Shown: piece after piece, positions 1 through 9,193 of the stretch
Position numbering within the stretch: the first letter of the stretch is position 1
Layout of the letters: each line of letters opens with the position of its first letter
Assembly: GCA_910588405.1 (NCBI GenBank)
Contig: CAJUPT010000003.1
Location: 43,765 to 107,764 of the forward strand
Length of the DNA: 64,000 nt
Reading direction: 5' to 3'
DNA from: an uncultured Lachnospiraceae bacterium
GTDB lineage: Bacteria; Bacillota; Clostridia; Lachnospirales; Lachnospiraceae
Notes under the pieces: generated by a model
Told to the model about the DNA's origin: nothing
The model's input: only the letters and a program-made list of their open reading frames with translations
The model's database searches: none
Translations under genes and position numbers: made by a program

Positions 1-1338
1 CAGGAGGGTCTGGCGGTTCTCGCTGTCGATTACGCTCTTTAAGGTCAAATCCTCATCCATCAATTTCGCTAAAGCAGTTGCGATTTTATCCTCATCACCC
101 TTGTTCACAGCTTTGTAAGCCATGCTGGTGTAAGGCACGGAAACCTCGGGACGGTCATAAACCACCTGGGCTCCCTTAAGGGCGATTGTGTCGCCGGTGG
201 AGATATTATTGATCTTGGCTACTGCGCCGATATCCCCGGCTTTCAGCTCAGACACCTCGATGGCCTCCTTGCCTCTCAGCACATATAATTTGGACAGCTT
301 TTCCTCTGTCTCCTTGTTTACATTATAAATCATCGTATCTGGTTTCAGGGAACCGGTGCATACCTTGATCAAGGAATATTTTCCGATAAAAGGGTCCACC
401 AGCGTCTTGAATACCTTGGCACTCATATACTTGCTGCTGTCATACTCTACCGGCACGATCTCGCCGTTGCTCAGGTCTTTGCCATATACGGATCTCTGCA
501 GTGGTGAAGGGAAGTACTTGGAAATACAGTAGAGAAGCATTCTTGCGCCCTGGGCGTTGATACCGGAACCCATCAGCACAGGTACGATCTCGCCGTCCAT
601 CACATGGGTGCGCAGCGCCTCGGAAATCTCTTCATAGGTAAAGGTATCGCCCTCGAAATAACGCTCCATAAATTCTTCACTGGTCTCGGCCACAGCCTCA
701 ATCAGGGAATCATAGCTGACGGATACATGGTGCTCCAGATAATCCGGGATCTCGCACTCCTCAAACTCACTGGTCTCACCTACAAAACGGCGGCCTTTCA
801 TCTTAACCAGATTCACATAGCCCACAAACTTCTCATTCTCTCTCATCGGAACATAGAAAGGCGCCACCTTACGGCCGAACTTTTCATTCAGCACCAGCAT
901 AATATTTTTAAAGCTGGCATGGTCATCGTCCATACCGGTCACGAAGAACATAACGGGCAGCCTGTTCTTTTCGCAAAGCTCCCATGCCTTCTCTGTTCCC
1001 ACTTCCACGCCGGCCTTGCCGTTGATCACGATCACCGCAGCATCGGCAGCCGCAACTGCCTCCTCGGCCTCGCCCACAAAATCAAAGTACCCGGGCGTAT
1101 CCAGGACATTCATCTTATAACCTTCCCATTCGATGGGAATCAGGGATGTGCTGATGGAGAACTGACGCTTTGTCTCTTCTTTATCAAAATCGCTGATGGT
1201 ATTCCCGTCCGTCACCTTCCCCATTCTTTTCGTTATACCAGAAACAAACGCCATGGCTTCTGTCAGAGTCGTCTTTCCGGCGCCCCCGTGGCCGAGAAGC
1301 ACTACGTTGCGGATTTTATCTGTTTCATAAACATTCAT
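1..1338 (-). CDS. EF-G family translation GTPase (EF-G paralog), 5' portion; gene runs off the window edge
   Basis: Minus-strand ORF missed by the ORF track because it is truncated at position 1. N-terminus MNVYETDKIRNVVLLGHGGAGKTTLTEAMAF has a G1 P-loop (GHGGAGKTT), followed by DTPGYFDF (G3). GGAGG RBS 8 nt upstream of the ATG at 1338. Confidence 0.7.
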   Translation of the reverse strand, partial: MNVYETDKIRNVVLLGHGGAGKTTLTEAMAFVSGITKRMGKVTDGNTISDFDKEETKRQFSISTSLIPIEWEGYKMNVLDTPGYFDFVGEAEEAVAAADAAVIVINGKAGVEVGTEKAWELCEKNRLPVMFFVTGMDDDHASFKNIMLVLNEKFGRKVAPFYVPMRENEKFVGYVNLVKMKGRRFVGETSEFEECEIPDYLEHHVSVSYDSLIEAVAETSEEFMERYFEGDTFTYEEISEALRTHVMDGEIVPVLMGSGINAQGARMLLYCISKYFPSPLQRSVYGKDLSNGEIVPVEYDSSKYMSAKVFKTLVDPFIGKYSLIKVCTGSLKPDTMIYNVNKETEEKLSKLYVLRGKEAIEVSELKAGDIGAVAKINNISTGDTIALKGAQVVYDRPEVSVPYTSMAYKAVNKGDEDKIATALAKLMDEDLTLKSVIDSENRQTLL

Positions 1339-1659
1339 GTAAATTACCTCCAATAATATGTAATGTGTTTATATCCCCGGGGCGGACCGGACGATATCAT
1401 AAAGGCGTTACCGCTCTCTATCTATTTTACTAGAAGATTCTAAATAACACAAGCAATTAATTCATTTTTCACATTTTTATATTTGAAATTTCAGAATCAT
1501 TCCACAAGGTTTCCCTGATCCCCGCGCTGCGGCTTTCGGATTCTGCCCTAAATACTCAGGACCTGTCTTTTCGTTGTTTTCTATATTGATTCGGGTGTCC
1601 GTACCATTTCCGTTTTGTAATTTATACTTTAAAGTTTTAAACTTCAACGCACGAAATCA

Positions 1660-1688
1660 TTGACAAACCCCAGGGTACGGAGTACAAT
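1660..1688 (+). promoter_or_regulatory. sigma-A type promoter (TTGACA-17-TACAAT) upstream of aroF
   Basis: ttgaca at 1660-1665, 17-nt spacer, tacaat at 1683-1688; ~50 nt upstream of the aroF RBS. Confidence 0.55.
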
Positions 1689-1737
1689 GTTTGACATTGA
1701 CAGCAAAAGCACACCTTTTATTTTGGAGGAATCATCC

Positions 1738-2751
1738 ATGATTATTATTATGAAACCGGGGGCTAAGCCCTCCTCCGTTCAGAATATCGTTAAAATCATC
1801 CGGGACAACGGGCTTACGGCCCATCTCTCCGAAGGGGACCAGGTCACTATCGTCGGCGTGGTCGGCGACAAAACCCGTCTTTCCCAGTCCAATATCCAGA
1901 TCGCCCCGGAGGTAGACAAGATCGTTAATGTCACGGAATCTTATAAAATCGTCAACCGGCAGTTCCACCCCGAGGATTCGGTGATCCATGTGGGAAACAC
2001 TGATATCGGCCCCCATACCTTAACGATTATGGCCGGCCCCTGTGCCATCGAGAGCGAGGAACAGCTCCTCTCCACGGCCAGGGCCGTAAAAAAAGCCGGG
2101 GCTACCTTCCTGCGGGGCGGCGCATACAAACCAAGGACCTCCCCCTACTCCTTCCAGGGGTTGGAAGAAGAGGGGCTGAGATACATGAAGGCAGCCAGGG
2201 AAGAAACCGGCCTGCGGACCATCTGCGAAGTGACCAGCCAAAAAGCCATCGAGACAGCCGTTAAATATGTGGACATGCTGCAGATTGGCGCCAGGAACAT
2301 GCAGAATTTTGAGCTGTTAAAGGAGGCCGGAAAGTCCGGGCTTCCCGTCCTGTTAAAGCGGGGGCTGGCCGCCACCATCGACGAATGGCTGAATGCCGCC
2401 GAATACATTATGAGCGAGGGCAATGAAAACGTGGTGCTGTGTGAGCGGGGCATCCGCACCTATGAGACTTCCACCAGAAACACCCTGGATATCAGCGCAG
2501 TGCCCGTATTAAAACAGAAAACCCACCTGCCGGTCATCGTAGACCCCAGCCACGCCACTGGCGTCAGGGCTTATGTGGCACCTGTTTCCAAGGCAGCCGT
2601 AGCAGTAGGCGCCGACGGCCTGATGGTGGAGGTACACCCCTGCCCGGCCTGTGCCCTGTCTGACGGCCCCCAGTCTCTGACTTTTGACGACTTCGGCCAG
2701 CTCTGCCAGGAGCTTAAGCCCTATGCCTCACTGGCCGGAAGGGAGTTTTAA
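1738..2751 (+). CDS. aroF: 3-deoxy-7-phosphoheptulonate (DAHP) synthase, type I-beta (AroA(G)/KDSR-like) with N-terminal ACT-like regulatory domain
   Basis: The tracked ORF 1660..2751 contains MIIIMKPG at 1738 preceded by a GGAGG RBS. Core motifs [18 protein letters not shown] and the DAHP/KDO8P synthase fold signature are present. Confidence 0.85.
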   Translation: MIIIMKPGAKPSSVQNIVKIIRDNGLTAHLSEGDQVTIVGVVGDKTRLSQSNIQIAPEVDKIVNVTESYKIVNRQFHPEDSVIHVGNTDIGPHTLTIMAGPCAIESEEQLLSTARAVKKAGATFLRGGAYKPRTSPYSFQGLEEEGLRYMKAAREETGLRTICEVTSQKAIETAVKYVDMLQIGARNMQNFELLKEAGKSGLPVLLKRGLAATIDEWLNAAEYIMSEGNENVVLCERGIRTYETSTRNTLDISAVPVLKQKTHLPVIVDPSHATGVRAYVAPVSKAAVAVGADGLMVEVHPCPACALSDGPQSLTFDDFGQLCQELKPYASLAGREF

Positions 2752-2756
2752 ACACT

Positions 2757-3845
2757 ATGAATATCGGTTTTATCGGCCTGGGGCTGATCGGCGGCTCCAT
2801 CGCCAAAGGACTGCGGAAAGTCCACCCCGACTGGCATATGGTCGGCTTAGCCCGGTCGGAACAGACAGTGCGGGCCGCCTTGGAAGAAAAGGTGATCGAC
2901 GAGGGCTGCCTTCAAGTGGACCGGCGGTTTTCCGGCTGCGACATGATTTTTTTGTGCGCCCCGGTCGAGCATAATATCGGCTATCTGGAACAGCTAAAGC
3001 CTGTTATTTCAACGCATTGCATCATCACCGACGTGGGCAGCACCAAGACGGAAACCCACCTGGCAGCGGCCAGGCTTGGCATGGAAAGCCAGTTTATCGG
3101 CGGCCACCCCATGGCCGGCTCCGAGCGCAGCGGCTTTGCCTTTTCCACAGACCATCTGCTGGAAAACGCATGGTATGTGCTGACGCCCACCGAAGCAAAC
3201 ACAAAGGAACAGACAGAGCTGTGCCTTTCGGTGATAAAGGATCTGAACGCCCTTCCCCTGGTGCTGGATTACGAAGAACACGACTATATCGTAGCCACCA
3301 TCAGCCACCTGCCCCATCTGATCGCGGCCGGGCTGGTGAACTTGGTAAAGGACAATGACAACCAGAACCAGACCATGAAGCAGATCGCGGCGGGCGGTTT
3401 CAAGGACATCACCCGCATCGCCTCCTCCTCCCCGGAGATGTGGCAGCAGATCTGCACGACCAACAGTAAGAACATCGGGAAGATTCTGCGGCTATACATT
3501 CAGTCTATGGAGGATATTCTCTCTGCGGTAGAGAATGAGGACGGCGAGAAAATCTACGGACTGTTCGATACATCCGGAACATACCGAGATTCCATTCCTG
3601 ATCAGTCCAAAGGGCTGTTGAAAAAGGAACATTCTATCTACTGCGACCTGCTTGACAGAGCCGGCGCTATCGCCACTGTGGCCACCATGCTGGCCGCCCA
3701 TCAGATCAGTATCAAAAATATCGGCATCATCCATAACCGGGCTTTTGAGCAGGGTGTGCTGAAAGTGGAGTTTTATACACAGGAAGCCGCCGACGAGGCG
3801 GAGGAGCTGCTGACAAGGTGCCAATATACCGTATATAAGAGATGA
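2757..3845 (+). CDS. tyrA: prephenate dehydrogenase (TyrA) with C-terminal ACT domain
   Basis: N-terminal Rossmann motif IGFIGLGLIGGSIA. The context between aroF and aroA fits the tyrosine branch. Confidence 0.85.
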   Translation: MNIGFIGLGLIGGSIAKGLRKVHPDWHMVGLARSEQTVRAALEEKVIDEGCLQVDRRFSGCDMIFLCAPVEHNIGYLEQLKPVISTHCIITDVGSTKTETHLAAARLGMESQFIGGHPMAGSERSGFAFSTDHLLENAWYVLTPTEANTKEQTELCLSVIKDLNALPLVLDYEEHDYIVATISHLPHLIAAGLVNLVKDNDNQNQTMKQIAAGGFKDITRIASSSPEMWQQICTTNSKNIGKILRLYIQSMEDILSAVENEDGEKIYGLFDTSGTYRDSIPDQSKGLLKKEHSIYCDLLDRAGAIATVATMLAAHQISIKNIGIIHNRAFEQGVLKVEFYTQEAADEAEELLTRCQYTVYKR

Positions 3846-3926
3846 GCATATCCGTTTTCATTTTGTTTAGAAGCTGTTTTACGCTGCATCAGAAATCGGT
3901 GCATTATTATTATGAGGTAACTTTAT

Positions 3927-5210
3927 ATGATTACATTGACAAAAACCGCTCGTCTGCGAGGGGAGCTGACTGTCCCAGGCGACAAATCTATCTCCCACCG
4001 CAGCGTTATGTTCGGCTCGATTGCCAAGGGCGTTACGGAGATCACCGGATTCTTGCAGGGGGCTGACTGCCTGTCCACCATCGGCTGTTTTTCCGCCATG
4101 GGCGTGGAGATCCGGAATTCCGGCGAACAGGTTACGGTTCAGGGGCGCGGGCTGCGGGGATTGCGCCAGCCAGGCCATGTGCTGGACTGCGGTAACAGCG
4201 GAACTACTACCCGGCTCATTTCCGGCATCCTGAGCGGACAGAATTTCCCTGTCACCCTGACCGGGGACGCGTCAATCCGGAAAAGGCCGATGAAACGGAT
4301 TATGGAGCCTTTGCAGATGATGGGCGCGGAAATCACAAGCATACAGGGCAATGGCTGCGCACCGCTGCGCATCCAGGGACGGCCTTTACAGGGCATCCAC
4401 TATCAGTCTCCTGTGGCCTCTGCCCAGGTTAAATCCGCAGTTTTGCTGGCCGGGTTATATGCGGAAGGTGAAACCAAAGTGACGGAGCCTGCCCTTTCCC
4501 GGAACCACACGGAGCTGATGCTCCGCTATTTTGGCGCCGAAGTGGACAGCCAGGAAACGACGGCCTCCATCCGTCCCGCGGAAGAACTGTACGGGCAGAA
4601 AATCCATGTGCCCGGCGACATCTCCTCCGCCGCCTATTTTATCGCGGCAGGGCTGCTGGTACCCGACGCCGAACTGCTGATCCGCAATGTAGGGATCAAC
4701 CCCACCAGGGACGGTATCCTTAAGGTATGTCAGATGATGGGAGCGAACATTACATTATTAAATGAAGACCATAGCAGCGCGGAGCCTGTGGCTGATATCC
4801 TAGTCAGAAGCAGCGGCTTAAAGGGCTGTGTGATCGAAGGCCCGCTGATCCCCACTTTAATTGATGAGCTGCCGGTGATCGCATGTTTGGCCTGCTTTGC
4901 CCAAGGCGAAACCATAATCCGGGACGCCGCCGAATTAAAAATAAAGGAATCCAACCGGATTCAGGTTATGGCGGAAAACCTCACTGCCATGGGCGCTGAC
5001 GTGACGGAAACCGAGGACGGCATGGTGATCCGGGGCGGACGCCCTTTACACGGCGCCTCCATCCACTGTCATATGGACCACCGCATCGCCATGAGCTTCG
5101 CCATAGCCGCCCTGGCCGCGGAAGGGGAAACAGTGATTCAGGACAGTGAATGCGTGAATATTTCTTATCCAGGGTTTTATGAGGAGTTGGGAAGAGTTGT
5201 GGAAAATTAG
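3927..5210 (+). CDS. aroA: 3-phosphoshikimate 1-carboxyvinyltransferase (EPSP synthase)
   Basis: LTVPGDKSISHRSVMFGSIAKG... GNSGTTTRL motifs are typical of EPSP synthase. Length 427 aa. Confidence 0.9.
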   Translation: MITLTKTARLRGELTVPGDKSISHRSVMFGSIAKGVTEITGFLQGADCLSTIGCFSAMGVEIRNSGEQVTVQGRGLRGLRQPGHVLDCGNSGTTTRLISGILSGQNFPVTLTGDASIRKRPMKRIMEPLQMMGAEITSIQGNGCAPLRIQGRPLQGIHYQSPVASAQVKSAVLLAGLYAEGETKVTEPALSRNHTELMLRYFGAEVDSQETTASIRPAEELYGQKIHVPGDISSAAYFIAAGLLVPDAELLIRNVGINPTRDGILKVCQMMGANITLLNEDHSSAEPVADILVRSSGLKGCVIEGPLIPTLIDELPVIACLACFAQGETIIRDAAELKIKESNRIQVMAENLTAMGADVTETEDGMVIRGGRPLHGASIHCHMDHRIAMSFAIAALAAEGETVIQDSECVNISYPGFYEELGRVVEN

Positions 5211-5279
5211 AAGATTCGGATTGATTACAAACTATTCGCTTCAATAGGATCTCATTTATCTGATTATATTATAGAAAAT

Positions 5280-5314
5280 CGGGTCATTCTCATTGATGAG
5301 ATTGACCCAATTTT
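5280..5314 (+). terminator. rho-independent terminator after aroA
   Basis: Imperfect hairpin cgggtcattctca-ttga-tgagattgaccc followed by aatttt. Confidence 0.5.
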
Positions 5315-5362
5315 CGTGATCATTAACGCTTCTAGCGTTCCGTCTATATTGGTGATACATCC

Positions 5363-6739
5363 TCAGCCCGTCTCAAACCCATGCACCCAATCCGCTTTCA
5401 GATAATAGATCAGATAAATAACCGAGCTGATCCCCCAAGTCAGCGGGTAGGCCCAGTAGATCAGGCCGATATCTCCTGTCAGCTCCATCACCATCACAAT
5501 ATAGGCCACCCGTACAATGCACCAGATGGACAGCATAACGCCCATAGAGACGAAAGCCTTCCCTGCCCCCCGGCAGATGGCAGCCACCCCATGGGAAAAG
5601 GCCAGCAGGAAATAAAACAGCGTCACCGTACGGGCCTGCCGCACGCCCAGGGCTACCACGCCCGGCGTATTGTCGAACAGCCCCACCAGCACCGGGGCAA
5701 AGGTATAGTGGAGGATACCGATTCCTTCCGCCAGCAATACCGTAGCGATGATACTGAAAGCGGCTCCTTTTCTTGCCCGTTTATATTGCTTTGCCCCCAG
5801 ATTCTGGCTGACGAAGGTGGTTCCTGCCATATTAAAGCTTAAGATGGGCAAAAAGGCGAAGCCTTCAATTTTCGAGTGGACGCCGGCTGCTGCCGTAGCC
5901 AGGCTGCCGAATCGGTTGATCTGGGACTGCACCACCACATTTGCCAGGCCGATCATAGAATTCTGGATGCCCGAGGGAACGCCGTAATGAAGGATTTCCA
6001 TCAGCATATTCTTTTCAAACCGGATTTTTTTCATCTCCACCACAAACAGGTTGTCCTTATTCAGCAGGTGGGCCATACACAAAATAACGCTGACCGCCTG
6101 AGAGATCACGGTGGCCACGGCCGCTGACCAGACGCCCCAGTGGAATCCCATCAAAAATAGCACATCCAACACCACGTTCATCAGCGAGGAGATAATCAGA
6201 TAGTAAAGAGGGCGGCGGCTGTCCCCCAGCGCATTCATAATGCCGCAGCAGATCGTATACATGACCATGGCCACCACGCCCGTAAAATAATACCGGAAAT
6301 ATTCCACCGCCTCCGGCATCACCGCCGGGTCTGTCTGCATCCAGCTTAAAAATACGGGCGTACAGATCACGCCCGCAGCCGTCAGGAACAGGCCGCTGGC
6401 GATACCGAAGGCCAGAAGGGTGTGGATGGCGCAGGACACCCGCCCTGGCTTATCCGCACCGAAATATTTGGAGATGACCACACCGCCGCCCATGGCCGTT
6501 CCGTAGAAAAAACTGGTCATCAGAAAAATCAGGTTGCCCGACGAACTCACCGCCGCCAGCGCATTCGTCCCCAGCGCCCGGCCCACAATAAACGCATCCG
6601 CCGTATTATAAAGCTGCTGAAAAATTTGGCTGAGCAGCACCGGCAAGGTAAATATAAGCATCTGGGTATAGGGATTCCCCACTGTCATATCTTTTACGGA
6701 AGAATGGGTTCTTCCGGCGCTCTTTTGTAATTCAGACAT
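5363..6739 (-). CDS. MATE family multidrug efflux transporter
   Basis: 458 aa with 12 predicted TM segments and a typical NorM/DinF-like N-terminus (PYTQMLIFTLPVLLSQIFQQLYNTADAFIVG). Confidence 0.85.
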   Translation of the reverse strand: MSELQKSAGRTHSSVKDMTVGNPYTQMLIFTLPVLLSQIFQQLYNTADAFIVGRALGTNALAAVSSSGNLIFLMTSFFYGTAMGGGVVISKYFGADKPGRVSCAIHTLLAFGIASGLFLTAAGVICTPVFLSWMQTDPAVMPEAVEYFRYYFTGVVAMVMYTICCGIMNALGDSRRPLYYLIISSLMNVVLDVLFLMGFHWGVWSAAVATVISQAVSVILCMAHLLNKDNLFVVEMKKIRFEKNMLMEILHYGVPSGIQNSMIGLANVVVQSQINRFGSLATAAAGVHSKIEGFAFLPILSFNMAGTTFVSQNLGAKQYKRARKGAAFSIIATVLLAEGIGILHYTFAPVLVGLFDNTPGVVALGVRQARTVTLFYFLLAFSHGVAAICRGAGKAFVSMGVMLSIWCIVRVAYIVMVMELTGDIGLIYWAYPLTWGISSVIYLIYYLKADWVHGFETG

Positions 6740-6793
6740 CTTTCCGCCTCCGGCTTTTTATGCATGCTCAGATGTTAAATTAAACCGAAATAT

Positions 6794-7261
6794 TTACGTA
6801 TGTTTCAAATGGGATCTGCATATGCATGTACTGTTATCACCATGATCATCATCATACCATAATACATTAAAAACTCTTCCTATCATGTACCCATATAATC
6901 TGTGATTACCGGTTATTCTCAGTGATATCAATGACTCTGCTTCTATATATTTTGAAATCAATCTGTCTCGCGCTGTTTTGTTCAGTTCATCTAAATTTAA
7001 AGAATGATTCTGTTTTTTATCCCGAACTAATATTTCGCTCCATGTTTTGGCTTCCAATGCCTTTAATCTCGGAAGCACTTCCGTCCAAAACGACTCCCCC
7101 ATATGATCCTGAGAGAATGCCCACATCTCCTGATCAGAATTCACAAAAGCCCATGCAGGATATTCGCAATAATATCGCTCAGGATCTCCACCCTGAGCGA
7201 TATATCTTCCATTAGGAACTACTTTTTGTTTTACTTCTTTTTTTCGCTTAGAGCCCGCCAT
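6794..7261 (-). CDS. hypothetical protein; candidate toxin (PanT) partner of the upstream Panacea-domain antitoxin
   Basis: Its ATG overlaps the PanA stop by 14 nt (ATGGCGGGCTCTAA), indicating translational coupling. 155 aa, basic N-terminus. C-terminal RITGNHRLY resembles an Rx4H HEPN-like motif (weak). No recognisable family. Confidence 0.5.
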   Translation of the reverse strand: MAGSKRKKEVKQKVVPNGRYIAQGGDPERYYCEYPAWAFVNSDQEMWAFSQDHMGESFWTEVLPRLKALEAKTWSEILVRDKKQNHSLNLDELNKTARDRLISKYIEAESLISLRITGNHRLYGYMIGRVFNVLWYDDDHGDNSTCICRSHLKHT

Positions 7262-7679
7262 AGTATAATGCCATGCTTTCCTTTGTAATCACATGATTGC
7301 AACCTGCACCGGACGGAACTCCCTCTCTTGCCTTCAGCCAGGGGTCCTCCATATGTGTCAGTTGGCTGAGCCACTGGGCGTTGTGGCTGCCATAATGCTC
7401 TAATACCTTATCAATGGTATCTTTCTGATTATCAGACAAATCTCCTGCACCACCAGTTTCATCACTGGCGTTTACCGAATATTTACCCTGTGTTTTGAAG
7501 AAAAGTTCAGGACATACCGGACCATTCGCCCATGCCTGAAAGTCCTCCTCAAATAAAGGAGAATCGTCCCAAACAAGAGACCATGCCTGAGAATAATAGC
7601 ACAACTTCTGGAGTTTCATGGTTGACATAGAACCGGACTGTTCCAGAATATATTTTGCCGTATCCAAAACATTCGCCAT
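7248..7679 (-). CDS. Panacea (DUF4065) domain protein, PanA/GepA/SocA-like antitoxin
   Basis: Hallmark motif MKLQKLCYYSQAWSLVWDDSPLFEEDFQAWANGPV matches the DUF4065 signature (hLQKLLYYAQ.W.L....PLF.E.heAW..GPV). Confidence 0.8.
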   Translation of the reverse strand: MANVLDTAKYILEQSGSMSTMKLQKLCYYSQAWSLVWDDSPLFEEDFQAWANGPVCPELFFKTQGKYSVNASDETGGAGDLSDNQKDTIDKVLEHYGSHNAQWLSQLTHMEDPWLKAREGVPSGAGCNHVITKESMALYYGGL

Positions 7680-7717
7680 TTTTCATCCCCCTTTCACTTA
7701 TATAATATAACACGAAT

Positions 7718-8207
7718 TCAGTATCCTGAATAGTAGGAAAACCGCAAAATTTTCCAACCCGAAACGTTTTGAATGCTATCCTCCATATTCGAAGTTCTCA
7801 AGAAATGTGAAAAAGAGAACAACTGCATGTATCCACTCTTGACGTACCCTTTTTTCATCGCAATATCCGTACCCATATATTTTTTTATCCACACATACTT
7901 CCATCCATTTACACTACTATGCCTGTAATACTCAGGCATGAACCGCGCTCCCTTTCGAGCACTTTGCTTTTCCCACGCACGCCTCTTGCCATCAAAAGGC
8001 AGAGAGCACCACGGCAATCGCTACATAAACCGTCACCTCCGATTCTGCCAGGTCTTTCGTATCCGTCACGATGGCGGACATCCTGCTAACAAAACATTGC
8101 TTCCCAGCGATTTGCCTGATCTCATGAATTGCATCCATAGTCTTGTCCGCTGATGTGGTTGTGCCAAAAATAATAAACATCATGGTGGAATCTTCCGCGT
8201 TGAACAC
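7718..8207 (-). pseudogene. two short overlapping ORFs in different frames (7992..8207 and 7718..8017); possible frameshifted gene remnant
   Basis: 71-aa and 99-aa ORFs overlap by 26 nt with no RBS for the second. No recognisable family. AT-rich islet with the PanA/T pair. Confidence 0.25.
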
Positions 8208-8354
8208 ACTCCTGATCTCCTCCGGGAAGCATTTCCATCAAAATGCTTAGGCAAAACTGACTAACAGTCAATATATAAATTATTAAGTTTACATAAACTC
8301 ATCTTGACGAACAATTTTTTCGGGGGTAGTATAGAAATGGAAATTTTAAATCCA

Positions 8355-8462
8355 CCGGAAACAGCAACGCTCCGGACTACGGAATAGTAAGCGACTAAAG
8401 AACACCCGCTAACTATTCCGTATGCATCGCACGTAAGGGTCTAAAGACCAGACCCTTACGTG
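8355..8462 (+). promoter_or_regulatory. three consecutive hairpins upstream of the TetR gene (candidate leader RNA or operator cluster)
   Basis: ccgga-N11-tccgg (8355-8375); an 11-bp stem tacggaatagt/actattccgta (8378-8422); a 13-bp perfect stem cacgtaagggtct/agacccttacgtg (8430-8462). The last two loops share a CTAAAGA motif. Confidence 0.4.
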
Positions 8463-8567
8463 CTCATAGCAAAGCCCCGGGAGGACTTACTGACACTTCA
8501 GCGGCAGGAAATTCTCCCATACAAAGGGGCTTGGAAGGGGAGCTGCGGAACAGTAAATAAGGAAAAA

Positions 8568-9170
8568 ATGATGAAAAAAGTAGACATGAACAAAAAACAA
8601 AAGCGAGAATCCTTGCTTGATTCTGCCTTTTCCCTTTTTATGAACAATGGTTTCCATAAAACCTCCATCTCGAATATCGTGGAGGCCGCTGGTGTGGCAA
8701 AAGGCACCTTCTATCTTTATTTCAAGGACAAATACGATATCCGAAACCATCTGATCTCCCACAAGGCCAGCCTGGTGTTCCAGAACGCCTACCGCAGCCT
8801 CCTTGACAGCGGCGTGAAGGAATTTGAGGATCAGGTCATCTTTTTTATTGACCATATCCTGAACCAGTTTTCCGACGACCACCAGCTGGTCAGGCTTTTG
8901 TCAAAGCATTTAAGCTGGGGCATGTTTAAAAATTTTCTTACCGAGGCGGAGATTGCGGATTCGGAAAATATTCTGAATATCTTTCGGGGGCTTCTGTCCA
9001 ATGCGCCTTATTCCTACCGTAATCCGGAGGTGATGATCTATATGATCGTGGAGCTTGTAAGCGGCACCAGCTACAATTCCATCCTGTACGGGCAGCCTTT
9101 GCCTTTGGAACAGCTCAAGCCTTATATTTACGACTCCGTGCGAAGCATCATGAAAAATGAGCGGGTTTAA
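8568..9170 (+). CDS. TetR/AcrR family transcriptional regulator
   Basis: HTH region SISNIVEAAGVAKGTFYLYFKDKYD is a classic TetR N-terminal motif. Start moved to ATG 8568, which has an AAGGA RBS; the tracked ORF begins inside the upstream hairpin. Confidence 0.85.
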   Translation: MMKKVDMNKKQKRESLLDSAFSLFMNNGFHKTSISNIVEAAGVAKGTFYLYFKDKYDIRNHLISHKASLVFQNAYRSLLDSGVKEFEDQVIFFIDHILNQFSDDHQLVRLLSKHLSWGMFKNFLTEAEIADSENILNIFRGLLSNAPYSYRNPEVMIYMIVELVSGTSYNSILYGQPLPLEQLKPYIYDSVRSIMKNERV

Positions 9171-9193
9171 CCCGCCCATTTTTTCTATCACCG

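Noticed and set aside
604-1356. 250-aa plus-strand ORF
   Set aside because: Antisense to the EF-G-family gene, whose P-loop N-terminus and RBS are clear on the minus strand. No RBS or motifs; spurious.
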